In this document: one piece after another, positions 35,885 to 48,500 of the stretch
How the letters are laid out: each line of letters starts with the position of its first letter
Numbering within the stretch: the stretch's first letter is position 1
Origin: the human T2T-CHM13v2.0 reference genome, Homo sapiens
Assembly (NCBI RefSeq): GCF_009914755.1
Contig: NC_060928.1
Direction: 5' to 3' (one strand)
DNA length: 64,000 bases
Notes under the pieces: model-generated
What the model saw: only the letters and a program-made list of their open reading frames with translations
Databases searched by the model: none
What the model was told of the DNA's origin: nothing
Position numbers and translations under genes: made by a program

Positions 35885-38800
35885 GTAATGATTTTGTAGT
35901 CATTTATTATTTGTTGATTTGCTTTTTAGAAAAATCATTCTCTTTATATTTACTCTCTATAATTGTTTACCTTCATTGTTTATTGTTAAATTTGTGAACA
36001 GGAACACCTAAAAATGTTCTGTCAAAGGCTAACAGAGAGTTACATAAACTTTAGTTTTAATCTTGGTTGCAACTAAACAACAAACTTTCTTTTCACTTTA
36101 TATTTTACTTTATAGCAATCACATATATAAGGTTAAGGAGAAATCTTTAGCCATTTCAGAGGGGAAAAAATCCATATATCTAAGCTAAATTGCTGAGGTA
36201 ATCTAAATACCACTCAATAAGGAAGGCTACCAGAAGATGGGCACTTTCAGAATTAAGAAGACCTATTCCAAAATGAAGAGCTTTGGTAGGAATCAGCATT
36301 GTACCATAGCTCTTCAGGAAGAGTGGCCATGGAGGATGGGCTGACAGTGTACACCAGGACAGTATTAACTTTCACATCCTCAGCAGTCTTGGCAGTTTCT
36401 TTATAGACAGTGACTAATTTTAATGTGCTGAGCCAAGTTTTGGAAGATTCCTGATTTCATCTGCCTTAACATTTTAGACACTGTCTTCTGACTTAGGATA
36501 ATCCTTCCTTTTCCCTCTTAAATTAAGGCATGCAATGGGCTGTGAATAATCAGAGACTAGGGATTGTTTCTTGACAATACTGAGTTCAATGCCATGGGAT
36601 AGATACACGCTGTTCTGTTTGTTGGTGAGTAAGAAATTAGTGTTTCATAGCATAAGCCAAAAGAATTCCAAGCTCAGCCTTCCCTGGAGTGTATTTTAGG
36701 CTACTGCCTCCTTGTATCGTTGATTTGCTTTTTAATTGAACTACTTTCAATGTTATTTTGATAATCAACTAGAAATGATATAGCTATACTCCAGAAAACT
36801 CTTGTTTGCTGTTTCTCAGTTCATTCTTTCCCTCCCCAGGCCCCTCAAAGACATTCTAGTGTCAGTCAGCCAAAAACACAAACATCAAATGTGGTTTGTG
36901 ATACTTGGCAGTGACCCAGACACAACATGCAAGTGAAATTGAGGCTCATGTGCTTGTTTTCTTGCTTCTTTTCTTTTTTGGGGGGAGGAGGTGGGGATTT
37001 TCTTTATTTTAAATGATAATTTATTATTATTATTATATATTTTTGTATCCTCTGTGATTTTTTTTCATAATAGTTGGTTATGTCTATCTATGGATGGGGA
37101 AGAATATTTATGGCTTAAAGGACCATATTAATTAGAGATATAATTCTAAGGGGAATTCAATTTTATCTTTACCTACATAGCACTGAAAGGATTTCTAAGC
37201 CAAATAACCTCTTTTACCTAATTATTTAAAAAATATTTTAATATAGGGCTTATATGTTGAGCTATTTGGTGTAGCTCAGGCCATGATTTATATGTAATTG
37301 AATTTTGATTTGAAGTTATCCATCTTCTAAACCCACAATCCTCTCTCTAACTTTCTTCTCTGGAATGAATACTTACATGAAAATATTTGATTAGTTTGAA
37401 AACCAAAATATTGATTGAAGGCAGGAAATTAAGTCATTCCAGACTTCAGATGAATTTGTTAAACTGTAAAACAGATTATGTTATTAGATGCTGTTGTTTG
37501 GTTCAGTGTAGTACATTTTATTAGAATACTATGGAGAATGAGAATAAATGCTCAGTTTTATCATTAGATTTATTGTGTCTTTTTTATTTACCCATTAGCT
37601 ATGCAAAGATTGGCTTAGCATGAAAGTATTAAATAGTGCTGCCTCTGCAATAGGCAAGAAGATTAAAAATGTTTATAAGTAATTTTGTTATTAATAGGGG
37701 ATGATTTGTTTATTACTTTTTATAAGTCAAGTAACACCAATATGAAAAGTTATCATATATACTATGTTCTATTCATTTAAAAATCTGGGGAGAATTCAAT
37801 GTGATGATTTTTTTAATTAAAAAAAAGTCAGCATATCTTCTGTGAACTTAAGTGCTGAAATTGTAAACCCAATTTGAGTTCTCAAGATCCAACCACTTTG
37901 AAAATGAAAAGCAAATGTGTTTCTCCAAAGAATATTGAAAGCAGTGGTTGTGAGCTAGAATTTCATATTATTATTGGTTGGATTTTTCAAGTGTATACAA
38001 TAAAGTGCTGTTTTCCTTCTGCTCAAACAATTAATTTACTGTGATTCTGCAAAAATAAGTTATACATTTCCTCTTGTTATCAAAGGCGATTTTTAAATTG
38101 TTTGTTTAATTGGACTTTGTCCAGCGCATTTTAAAAAATTATTCATGTACACTGATAAGAGTCTGGGTTGCTTACTCAGGTTTCTGGCAGAGTCATGCTG
38201 ATCACATTCCATGGGCAGGCAGAGAGTCAGCGGGTAAAAGAGAAACAATTTCATCTGCATTCTTTTCCTAGCTCTGACATATGGGGTAAGAGGCTAATGA
38301 CTATGACTCTGATATTGTTCATTCCAAAGATGTGTCCAGTTATACACCTTTACTTACGCTACTTGTTATATCCAAAGATTTGGCATTGGTAGTAATGTCA
38401 TTGAAAGATTGTGTTTGGGTTTCAGACACAAGATTAATTACCTTTTTATTTTGTCTCTTTATGTTCTCAGAAGAGCTTAGATAGTCTTGATTATGTTAGA
38501 ATAGGCCATGTAAAGTTTGTGGCATTTTTCTAGGTTCACCAAAAAATAGATATATGTACTTCAGTAAGCATTTATCCTTTAATGTGTATTACATAGGAAC
38601 ATGCAACTTAGGAACGTGGTTAGACCTCATGATGGTCAGGGGCTTTGTTTTATTGGTCTTTGTTATTTCAGACCGTGGCATATTACCTGATGTATAGTAG
38701 GTGCTCCATACATGTTTGCTGAATAAGATGGTAGAAGACCTAAGATCAGAACATATGTCTTTATAACTTGGGAATAAATCACCAGAGAAAAGCTGAGGAA

Positions 38801-38997
38801 ATGAAGGAAGTTAATAAATCTGATGCTGCTCATTAATTGAACTCAGGTCAGAGCATAATAATTATCTCTGCTCTACAAATGAATTGATAACTGTCAGGAA
38901 ACTCAACAAGGAAGAGGAATTTACGTGGGTGTTCTGATATGGAGCTTAGTGTTTAAATGGAAGGAAGCAATCTTATACATTCAGGTAGTCACCAGGC

Positions 38998-40330
38998 CAT
39001 AGTTCCCAAACTTGCTACATTCAGGACCCCTTTATGCTCTTAAGAATTGTCAAGGACACCCCTGGAGACTTTGTGTAAGCATGTCTTGTCTATTGATATT
39101 TACCACTTTTAACAGTACAACTGAGGAAATTAAAAATATTTGTTAATTCATTTTAAAACTACATTATATTTTAAATATATAACATTTTTATTTTGTTTTA
39201 AAAAAGTTTATTTTTTCTAACTAAAAATTAAAGAGTGGCATTATCTTACATCTTTACAAATCTCTTTAATATCTAGCTCAATAGAATACAGCTGGATTCT
39301 CAAATCTTCTTGGGCAATATATTGCAATATGTTGTGTTTTTGGCTAAAATATACAAGCAGAATCCATCCTTACACAGATATTTTGAGTGGGATAATAGAG
39401 AAATAGTTTGCCTACTGCATCAGAAGTCCACAGTGGCAGTTTCTTAAGACTTACTTGCAGTGTGGAATATGAAACCCTGTCAGCAAACTTTTCATAGTCT
39501 GTTACATAAAAATACATTTATCTCGCATTCGTAATGATTTTTTTTTACCTATTCCTGATTTAGAAATATCAGGCATTGATCATTTCAAAATTATTGGTGT
39601 AACTGATAAGGAATTTATCATAAAAGTCTTTAATATATGACTCTCAACCTGTTGGTGATGGTTAGAAGTTTTCCAAATTTGAATTTTTACTCGAAAGCTC
39701 AAATTTCACTATTAGTAACATATCTTGTTGTTTTCCTGGAAGTGTCAGGCTTCCTTTGTTCATGATAAAAAGAAAAGATTATGCATACTCAAATATTTAA
39801 AAAGAAACAGTTGCTCTTTCGAGTAAAAATCGTATTCCACAAATCAAGTGGCTAGTTCAGCTTACAATTCAATTACACATATGCATTTCTTTGAGAAAAC
39901 CACAATACCTAGGTACAGAGTAATGGGTCTTTGTGCACATATTGCTTTGTGTCACACAGGATATTGAAAAGACATCAAAGTTGAGTCTAGATTTGATAAA
40001 ATTAATACGTTTTTTGTTTTCTCAAGAAAACTTATTTACCTTTTTAAATGAAATAGTTTTGTTTGTTTGTTTGTTTTACTGTGAGTATGTGGTGGTGAAG
40101 AACACAATTACTGCTAAAGTACTTTGGATCTACTGCTTTGATTTGTGCTAAAGTACCACCAGTTTTACCCACCATTGCTTTTGCACCTCTAGCATAAATG
40201 CCAACACAGTGAACAAAGGCAGAGGATGGTTTGCATTATCATGTAAACAGTGTTGATTTCCCAGGACTCCTTAAACAGGTCTCTGGTTTGCATGGAGGTC
40301 CATGCATACTCCACAGTGAGAGAACCATTG
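38998..40330 (+). mobile_element. Charlie1a/b-like hAT DNA transposon
   Basis: Start CATAGTTCCCAAACTT...CAGGACCCCTTTATGCTCTTAAGAATT and end ...GAGAACCATTG resemble the Charlie1 termini. No intact transposase. Confidence 0.75.
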
Positions 40331-40759
40331 GTGTGGGTAGTGAGATTTTGGCAGTTCAGTTAACAACCAGGAAAAAAAGAGCCACTCGAAATAATATATT
40401 AAAAGTATGTTTGGAATATTAGGTAAATGGACTATGATTCATTAATGATTACAAATGAGTTTTAGCAATCTGATAATAAATTAATTTATTTTCACAAGAA
40501 ACTATTAAGATTTCCAAGAGAAATGATGGAGACATTTGTGAGGTCAGTTTTGGATACAAACGTTAGAAATGATTTTCTTTCACAGGGTTTTGAATCACAG
40601 TAGTGCACCTTAGATTAAATGTCTGTATATCTTGTGTATTGAACCTCACAAGCAGAATACAGGCAAGAGAGCTGGATATATAATAACTGTTATTATTATA
40701 AAATTTATTGAATATTGCTATGTTTAGACATAATGATAAGTGCATAGTGATAAGTGCAT

Positions 40760-40920
40760 TTTTAGGGATTTTATTTAACCCATACAATACTAATATCATT
40801 TGCATTTTGTAGCTGTGGAAACTGAGTCTCAGATAAGTTAATAAGTCGCTTAAGTTCATATAGATAGAAAGAAAACCATATCCAGACTTGAGTAACTTCA
40901 CAATGCATCCTCATAACTAC
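40760..40920 (-). mobile_element. MIR
   Basis: Core CATTTTGTAGCTGTGGAAACTGAGTCTCAGATAAGTTAA. Confidence 0.7.
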
Positions 40921-41041
40921 TCTTCTATCAAGCTGGATCAGTCTGTGGTTTTGGTTAAGAGAAAAGCTCTTTGCCCTATAGCTATGATGATATATGTATG
41001 CTTTTTAATAACTTTGTTTTCACTCTCTGATTTGTTGCTTA

Positions 41042-41461
<420 letters not shown>

Positions 41462-42984
41462 TTAGGAAGACTTCCAAGGGTTTCTAGAGCAGGGAAGAAG
41501 ATGAGAATTTGAGAGAAGGGAGCTGAAGGCAAATGGAGAGCAAAGGTAGATGAGGGGCCTCTTCTAACCTACAGCACTATTCACTTTGGAAGCAGTCACT
41601 GGAGTTTAAGAAGGTGGAGAATTATTTTTGAATTTTTAGGTGATAAATCATCTTCTTTGGAATAATGATGGGGTTGGAGTGGATGGAGTGTGAAGATTAT
41701 TTTAAATAGGAAAACATTTTACTGCTTCCTATGTGTTTGAAGTCAAGAGTGTTTCTTTAAAAAACAGCCTGGGATAAATTTTTTGATTTTGTTTCTTCCC
41801 TATTGGTATGTTTTTAAATGTATTGAACAAAATGCTGTGAATTAAAGGGCTTTATAAATTTTTAAGATGGGTACAAATGTGTATGACAAACAGGATTATT
41901 GATGGCTAATTATGTTCATGCTGCATATTTTATATATATCTTCAGGATGCTTGATTTACTCCTGCTGCTAGATTTCTATAGACATAACTCATCTTCCAAT
42001 GAATTTACAATTTATTACTTTTTTATCTTTATTAAAACCCTAATGATTTTAATTCTTTTTTGTTTTATTCAATTTTGAGGAATCTGCTCTAGGAATAGTT
42101 TTGAAAAATAGTTATTTACTTAGAATTTTGTGGAATCAATTTTTCATTGCATTGTCTGCAGCTTGCACTTTGTCATCATTAGAGTGAAAAACTGCCTAAG
42201 AACCTCATTAGTTGTGAGGGACTGTTGCATTAGTGACTGTAGCAAACTGCATAGGCCCTGAGGTGGGTTCTGTATTTCAAGAATTAATAAATCTAGGCCC
42301 AGCGCTTTATAAAACCCATAAAAGTAGGTGGTATTCCGAATTAGGCACTCATGAGTGGAAATAGGAAAAGAATAACTGGCAGGTAATGTGGGTCAAGATG
42401 AATATAAAGTGTCCAATATAGAATATGGTAAATATTTTCTAATAATTTCAAGCTTTATGTAGTCTGTGACAAAAGTAGCCATTTTAATAGTATGTTGACT
42501 GAGAAGGAGAGTATAGGGAATGCAGACAGGTGAAAATATTCTATTAAACAAACATTCTGTATAAAATACACACATGTAATTATATATTAACACGTATGCC
42601 CCCATTGTACAAAGACTGTTGGCTTTTCTTTGCTCTTAATATCCTGAGACAAAATTGGACAATTAAGTCATGAAGAGGAAATAATCTAATTGGCAGATAA
42701 TTTATATGTGGTAATTAAACAGTGATTATAGGACCACAATCTTCTTCAGTTTCCAGACGTGTATGCATTTTTAAGAAACGATCAGTGAGTAAAAACCAAA
42801 GAATTTTAAGGCTTTGAAGAAATGTTGAAAGACATTTAGAAACATGCTTTGCTACTGGCAGGTGGGAGCAAGTGGCATTTTTGATGATTGTTACAGATTA
42901 TTTGACATTTCTCTAAGGCTTTTTATCATTCACAGATTCTAACATATATAAATCGTTTATGTTATTGTTAGACACTGGTAAACA

Positions 42985-43170
42985 GTCTTGCCAGGTGCTG
43001 TCTTGCCTTTGCAATGGTTCTGGAGGTAGATACAACATATCATCATTTGACAAATGAGAATACTGAGGCTCATGGAGGTTGCTTATGGAGTTGGTTTATG
43101 GTGGAAGCAGGATTTAAACCCAGCAGTCTGCCTCTGAAGTCTGTGCATTTAGTTCCAACACAGCACTAAC
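42985..43170 (-). mobile_element. MIR
   Basis: CATTTGACAAATGAGAATACTGAGGCTCA...GGATTTAAACCCAGCAGTCTG. Confidence 0.7.
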
Positions 43171-43399
43171 TAATGCTACTTGTAAGAATGATTATTTCTA
43201 TACATTTGTAGACATAATTCTCACCATGTAAAAAGTTGTTTTCATATTTCTATACTTTTTCATGTTAATGATTGAAAAAATATAAGATAAAATGAAATTT
43301 TGGTGATGAACCAGTAGTAGGATTACTTTAGGTCCCTATCAATCTTTGTTTAGGTCCCTATTAACCTTTATAATCTTTATTAACCTATAATCTGTTATT

Positions 43400-45590
43400 T
43401 CTTCATTTTGCTTTCTAAATCCCAAGGCAGGAATATATTTCCATTCTTTCAGTTGCTCATTTATTTTCTTCCCTTTGCAGCAAAACTTTTTGAAAGAGTT
43501 GCCTGTACCTGCATTTTTTCTTCTCATGATCTCTTAAATCTACTCCCATCAGACTTGGCCCCTGCCACTCCAGTGAAATTGCTCTTACTGAGGCCACTAT
43601 GATGGACACATTGCTAGATCCAATGGCCTTTCTCAATGCTCATTGTAGCTAATCTAAAGAATATTTGACCTAGTGGATTTTACTTCCATTAAATGCTTTA
43701 TTCGGTTGGCTTCCGAGTCATCATATTCTGTGACTTTTTACCCTTTTTTATTTCTTGGACCAATCACTTCTCAGCCTCGTTCGCAAGCATCTCACCATGT
43801 CCTCAAACTCTAAGTGTTGGAACATCCCTAAAGCCAGTTCTTGCAGTCTTTCTCTTTTTACTCTATACTCATTCCCTTGAGGATCTCAATCTCATAGCAT
43901 TAAATGACATATATACACTGATGACTCCAAAATTTTGCCTCCAGCCCATATGTCTTTTCTGAACCCTACATTCGTATAACCAATCACTTATTCATTGATT
44001 AGCTTCCTAACTGATATTTTAAATTAACATTTTTAAATCTGAGCTGCTGATATTCTCCCCAATAAAAACATATTCCATCTTCACCCATCTTCTTTTCAGT
44101 TGATGGCAATTCCAACCTTCTGATTGATCAGGTCAAAAATCTTAGCGTTATCTTTGACTCCTAACTTTCTTTCTCACCCTACTTACAACCTTTCAGTTGA
44201 TCTTGTTGGCTCTGTCTTCAAAATATTTCATTTCAATATGATCATTTCATGATAATTTCTCATCATGCTCACTGTTAGTAACTTGGTCTAAGACACCATC
44301 ATTCTTCCCTTGGATTATTGAAGACATCTTCTTGTTGATTTCTGACAGTGTTCCTACTGTTCTCTTCTCTTACTTGGCTTTACCTACACTGGCTTCTTTC
44401 TATTCTCGGAACTTGCTAGGCACACATTAGCCTTCGGGCTTTTGCCTTGGCTCTTCCTTCTGCATAGAACACCCTTTCTCCAGACATCAGCCTGGACAAC
44501 AACCTCCCATACTTCAAGTATTTTTTTTTTTATCTCACATTGCAAATTAGGCTAAATCTTCCTTTAATAACTTATTATTGTAACTATCCCCTCATGCTGC
44601 CTGATTTCCATTGCCTTGCGGCATTTCTTCATCTTCCTCTCCCATAAGGCTTACCAGCCTCCTTCACCAATTTCTACTTATCTCCTCTCATGTTAAATGT
44701 TGGAATGCCCCTGGAACTAGTTGTTGAATTTTTTCTCTTTTTAATCAATTTCACTGAGGAGCTCAACCAATCTCATTCCTTTATATAAAATATGAACACT
44801 ATATATGTATAGGGGTGGGTGTGAGTGATATAATTTATTGATTTATAATGTTGATTATTGTTTGATCTGTCTTCTTCCCACTGGAATTAATTTCTACGAG
44901 GGCAGATATATTGATCTGCTATGTTCCTTAACATATCTTAAGAGTCTAGAACATTACTTGGAACAAACATAGTAGACACAATATAAGTTTCTGTTGAATG
45001 ACTAAGTGAATGAATGAATGAACTGGCATCTCAGCCTTTGTCCTTGTCCCCTTCAGTTTAGTCTAGCAACCAGAGTGAGAGTGATCTTTTAGATCATTTC
45101 ATTTGCCCAAAAACTTCCCATTTCACTTATAGTAAAAGTCAAATTCTTACAATGACCCTGAAGACCCTAGTTTACTGCTCTTATTAGTTACTGTTTGGAC
45201 CTCTTTTTTCCTGACTCCCCTTGCCTGAACTTGTTCAGCAACCATCAGAGCTCCAGGCCCCAGCCTCAGGCGCCCCTCCTTAGGGTCTTTGTGGCAGCTC
45301 TGGCCTGGACTGCTCCCTTCCTCACTTTCCCCACATCATTTCTGAGAGTCACCTTGCAAAGTCCTTCTTCCCTCCAGTTTTCGTTTTTCTCTTTCCTTCC
45401 TTTTGTTTCTGCTTTTCTCTTATCATCACCCGACGTAACACATATGTTACTTGTTTATTCTGTTTATGGTGTGCCTTCCCTTTAGAATATATGTTTCATG
45501 AGGGGAAAGCTTTTCATCTGTTTCTGCTATATGCACAGCACCTACAGTGTGGCTGGCTCTAGGCAGATGCTCAGTAAATCATTGATAAGC
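43400..45590 (+). mobile_element. L2 fragments (ORF2 end and two 3' termini)
   Basis: Pyrimidine-rich L2 body (CCCTTTGCAGCAAAACTT, CAGGTCAAAAATCTT). Termini are GTTGAATGACTAAGTGAATGAATGAATGAA at ~45020 and GCTCAGTAAAT at ~45575. Confidence 0.75.
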
Positions 45591-48500
45591 TAAGGATTTA
45601 CTGTTGATAATGCTGCAAATATGCTGCTTAAGCTTCAGGAGCTCAACCAGTGATGCATGCTGAAGTAGGGGAGTCATTTTTCATCTCTTAAGCCAAGACT
45701 TTAGAGCCTCTTCTGAAATTAGGGAAGTTAACTGATTGGAAAAGACTGGTTTTCCTTCATAAAAAGATAGTGGCTACATGACTTGATTGGCTAAGAGCGT
45801 GTAACCCAAACTTCAGAAACATTTATGGTGTCTGTGAAGGAAAGTGGGACCACTAATGCTATAGATGTTTTGGTAAAGTAGAACATTTTAGAAAATATAT
45901 ATCACAGTGTATGCTACACCATCTCATGTCTTCTCATCTCCTTCAACCTTATCTAATTTTGCTTTAGAGAGCAGATCTTAAGTTATTGTTATCGTAAACC
46001 ATGTTGTTCATCAGAAAACAGGTGAATACATAGAAACTTTGAAAACATTACTACTTTTAATATTGATAACTTTAATTACTGTCATTCCTTTTTTCTAATT
46101 TACCATCCTTGTTCAACATTTCACATCAATAATATCAGTAAACTTGATTTTAACACGCAGCAAAGAAAATACTGCTGGACAATCCCTCTTGCCTTAAGTT
46201 TAGTTGAAAGAATGCAGGCTTTTGATTTAAGAGAAGCTTGATTCAGATGTTGTCACAGCTACTCTCAGAATCTTATTTTCCTCATTTGTAAAATGGTAAT
46301 GATAGCCTACTTCATAGCTTCTTGTGAGAAAAACAATGGCACTCTATAAAGTTTATTAGTGCTCTTCCCCTTTTTCCTCAAAATATAGATCTGCACAGGA
46401 CTATTAACATTTAAGAAAATGTCTTTCTATTTTTAAAGTATTTTAGAGTTCCGTTCCATTCTTTTTTTTTTTTTTTTTTTCCTTTCTCAATTTCCTCAAC
46501 AAGCCTGTAAGGAAGTCAAGCATTTTTATGTTCATTTTAAGGAAAAGACACAAGGAATTTCATTATTTCTGTGTGGTCACAAATCTAGACTAGCACCCAG
46601 GTTTATATGACTTTGGTCAACATGCCTGACATTAAACAATACTGCCCAGTCTGGTGTTAATGCTATTTTTCATCCACTATTGTATTGTTGTTGACATAAT
46701 TTAGTAATAGTTATAACCCCTTAAGTGAAGTTATTTATGAATTGTGAAACTTTTTTAAAGGTTTAGTTGCTCAGGAAACAAACAAGTTAGAATATTTGAA
46801 TATTCAGTGTTTGTTTCATTTTCATTTGATTTAATTTGATTTGATTTCATTCAGTGTTTTGTTTCATTCAGAGAGAAGCCTTATCTCTGATTTAGATGAG
46901 GGATATTCATCTCTCAATTTTTAGTGATGGTAGTAAAATATTGACTATTATGGAATTGTGTGTGTTTGTTTGTGAGCCTATTTAGAAATCGTTTTTTGTC
47001 CATGACTTAATGCAGTTTTCTTAATTGAGGTCGACTTGGCTTCTCCAGTCCAAAAAAGGGAAAACTATCTATCTTTCGAAACTACTCTTTAACAAAACAT
47101 ATAAATTCTGGTAACTTTTTAAGTGAAGATTTTCTAACTAATGATTAAAACGTTTTCCTGGACAGAAAAGTATTTTCTTACTTCATAAAATATTCAAAAT
47201 AAGCAAATACACAAAGAAGATGGGCTTTCTTCTGCTCGGGGTAGTGTTTTATGGTATATACATTTTTGTTCTTTGGTTAAAATACTTACTCTTATTTTTA
47301 TTTATACATTGGCTTCATTCTACAATAGATTTGAAGCAGTTTACAAAAGTATATATACAACAAAGAGATACAATATTTAAATGAATCTCTAAGTAGTAAA
47401 AATAAGTGTTACTAAAAATAATCCTGAAATATATAAGATTAGCATACAGATATATGTAATTTAGGTAACTCATTGAGTTTATGTTTAGCTTTCTAAAGGC
47501 CAAGTCAAGCAGAGAAGCAAGATCAGATATGTAAGTCATGGTGCTCTTATACTAAACAAACACAGGGTAAACAAAGGAAATACAGATTTTCTAAACCCAA
47601 GGAACTTAATAGAATTCGTCCCACAGATGCTCAAAACAGACCTATTTTAAAGTGATGATTTTCTTAATGGCATCTTCACTAGTTCAATGACAGATTTTTA
47701 ACATCATTTTAATGTGACGTCTTTTCGTGTGGATTTGTGGCAAATTGTAAAAGTGCAGTTCTGGCAAATTATTTATTTATGGATCAAAAGAGATTCCCCA
47801 TTGATAAGTGCTTTTGTTTAGCTTTATTTCATGAAGTGGATTAATATTTTATAACCAAAGCAAGAATATCCCTACTGGGTTTTTTCACATTAGCATATCT
47901 GTAGCACATCACAGGAAAAATCTAACTAGAGAGGTTTTCTGTAAAACTGTAGCTTAATCCTTAAGGAGACTTTATTTTAAGCTATGCTGCAGTGATTAAA
48001 ATGCTTAGCACCAATTTCTAGTAATCTGTGTCTTAGATTGTTTCCATTTTTCAAGAAATAGAAACAATCATCCTGTGAGATAACAAAATTTGCTATTGAA
48101 AACATCGGTGCTGTTTAAAAATGTCATATATTTTCAAATATTAAAAATATAAAAGAATAACTATCACATACACTCTAACTTTTCCTCTGGTGGAGTCACT
48201 AATATCCTAAGGCTAGGAAGGTGAGGAATCAATACCAAGTAAAGGTCAGAGCTCTAGGATGGGAATGGGAGTCTCAGGTTTTTAATTCTAGGACAGTCAT
48301 TTGACACCTCATTTTCAAATGATAAACTGAAACAATAGGGTTTATGTGGCCCACTCATATAACACACTTAGTTGGCAGAGGAGTCCCAGATTAGAATTTC
48401 TTACTTACTGAGTATAGTCAACCTATACTCAGTGTTGACTCCAGTCCTTAAACTCGGAGTGAGAAAAGGAGGCTACAGCTTCCTCATGATCTTCACATCT

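Noticed and set aside
35885-35899. ORF track's terminal VMIL-stop as the true FAT4 C-terminus
   Set aside because: It lies past a GT donor in the middle of EC16, and full-length FAT4 is far longer. It is retained only as an isoform hypothesis.
43328-43395. Short tandem duplications (TTTAGGTCCCTAT x2, TATTAACCT x2)
   Set aside because: Ordinary slippage at the edge of an L2 remnant, with no sign of function.
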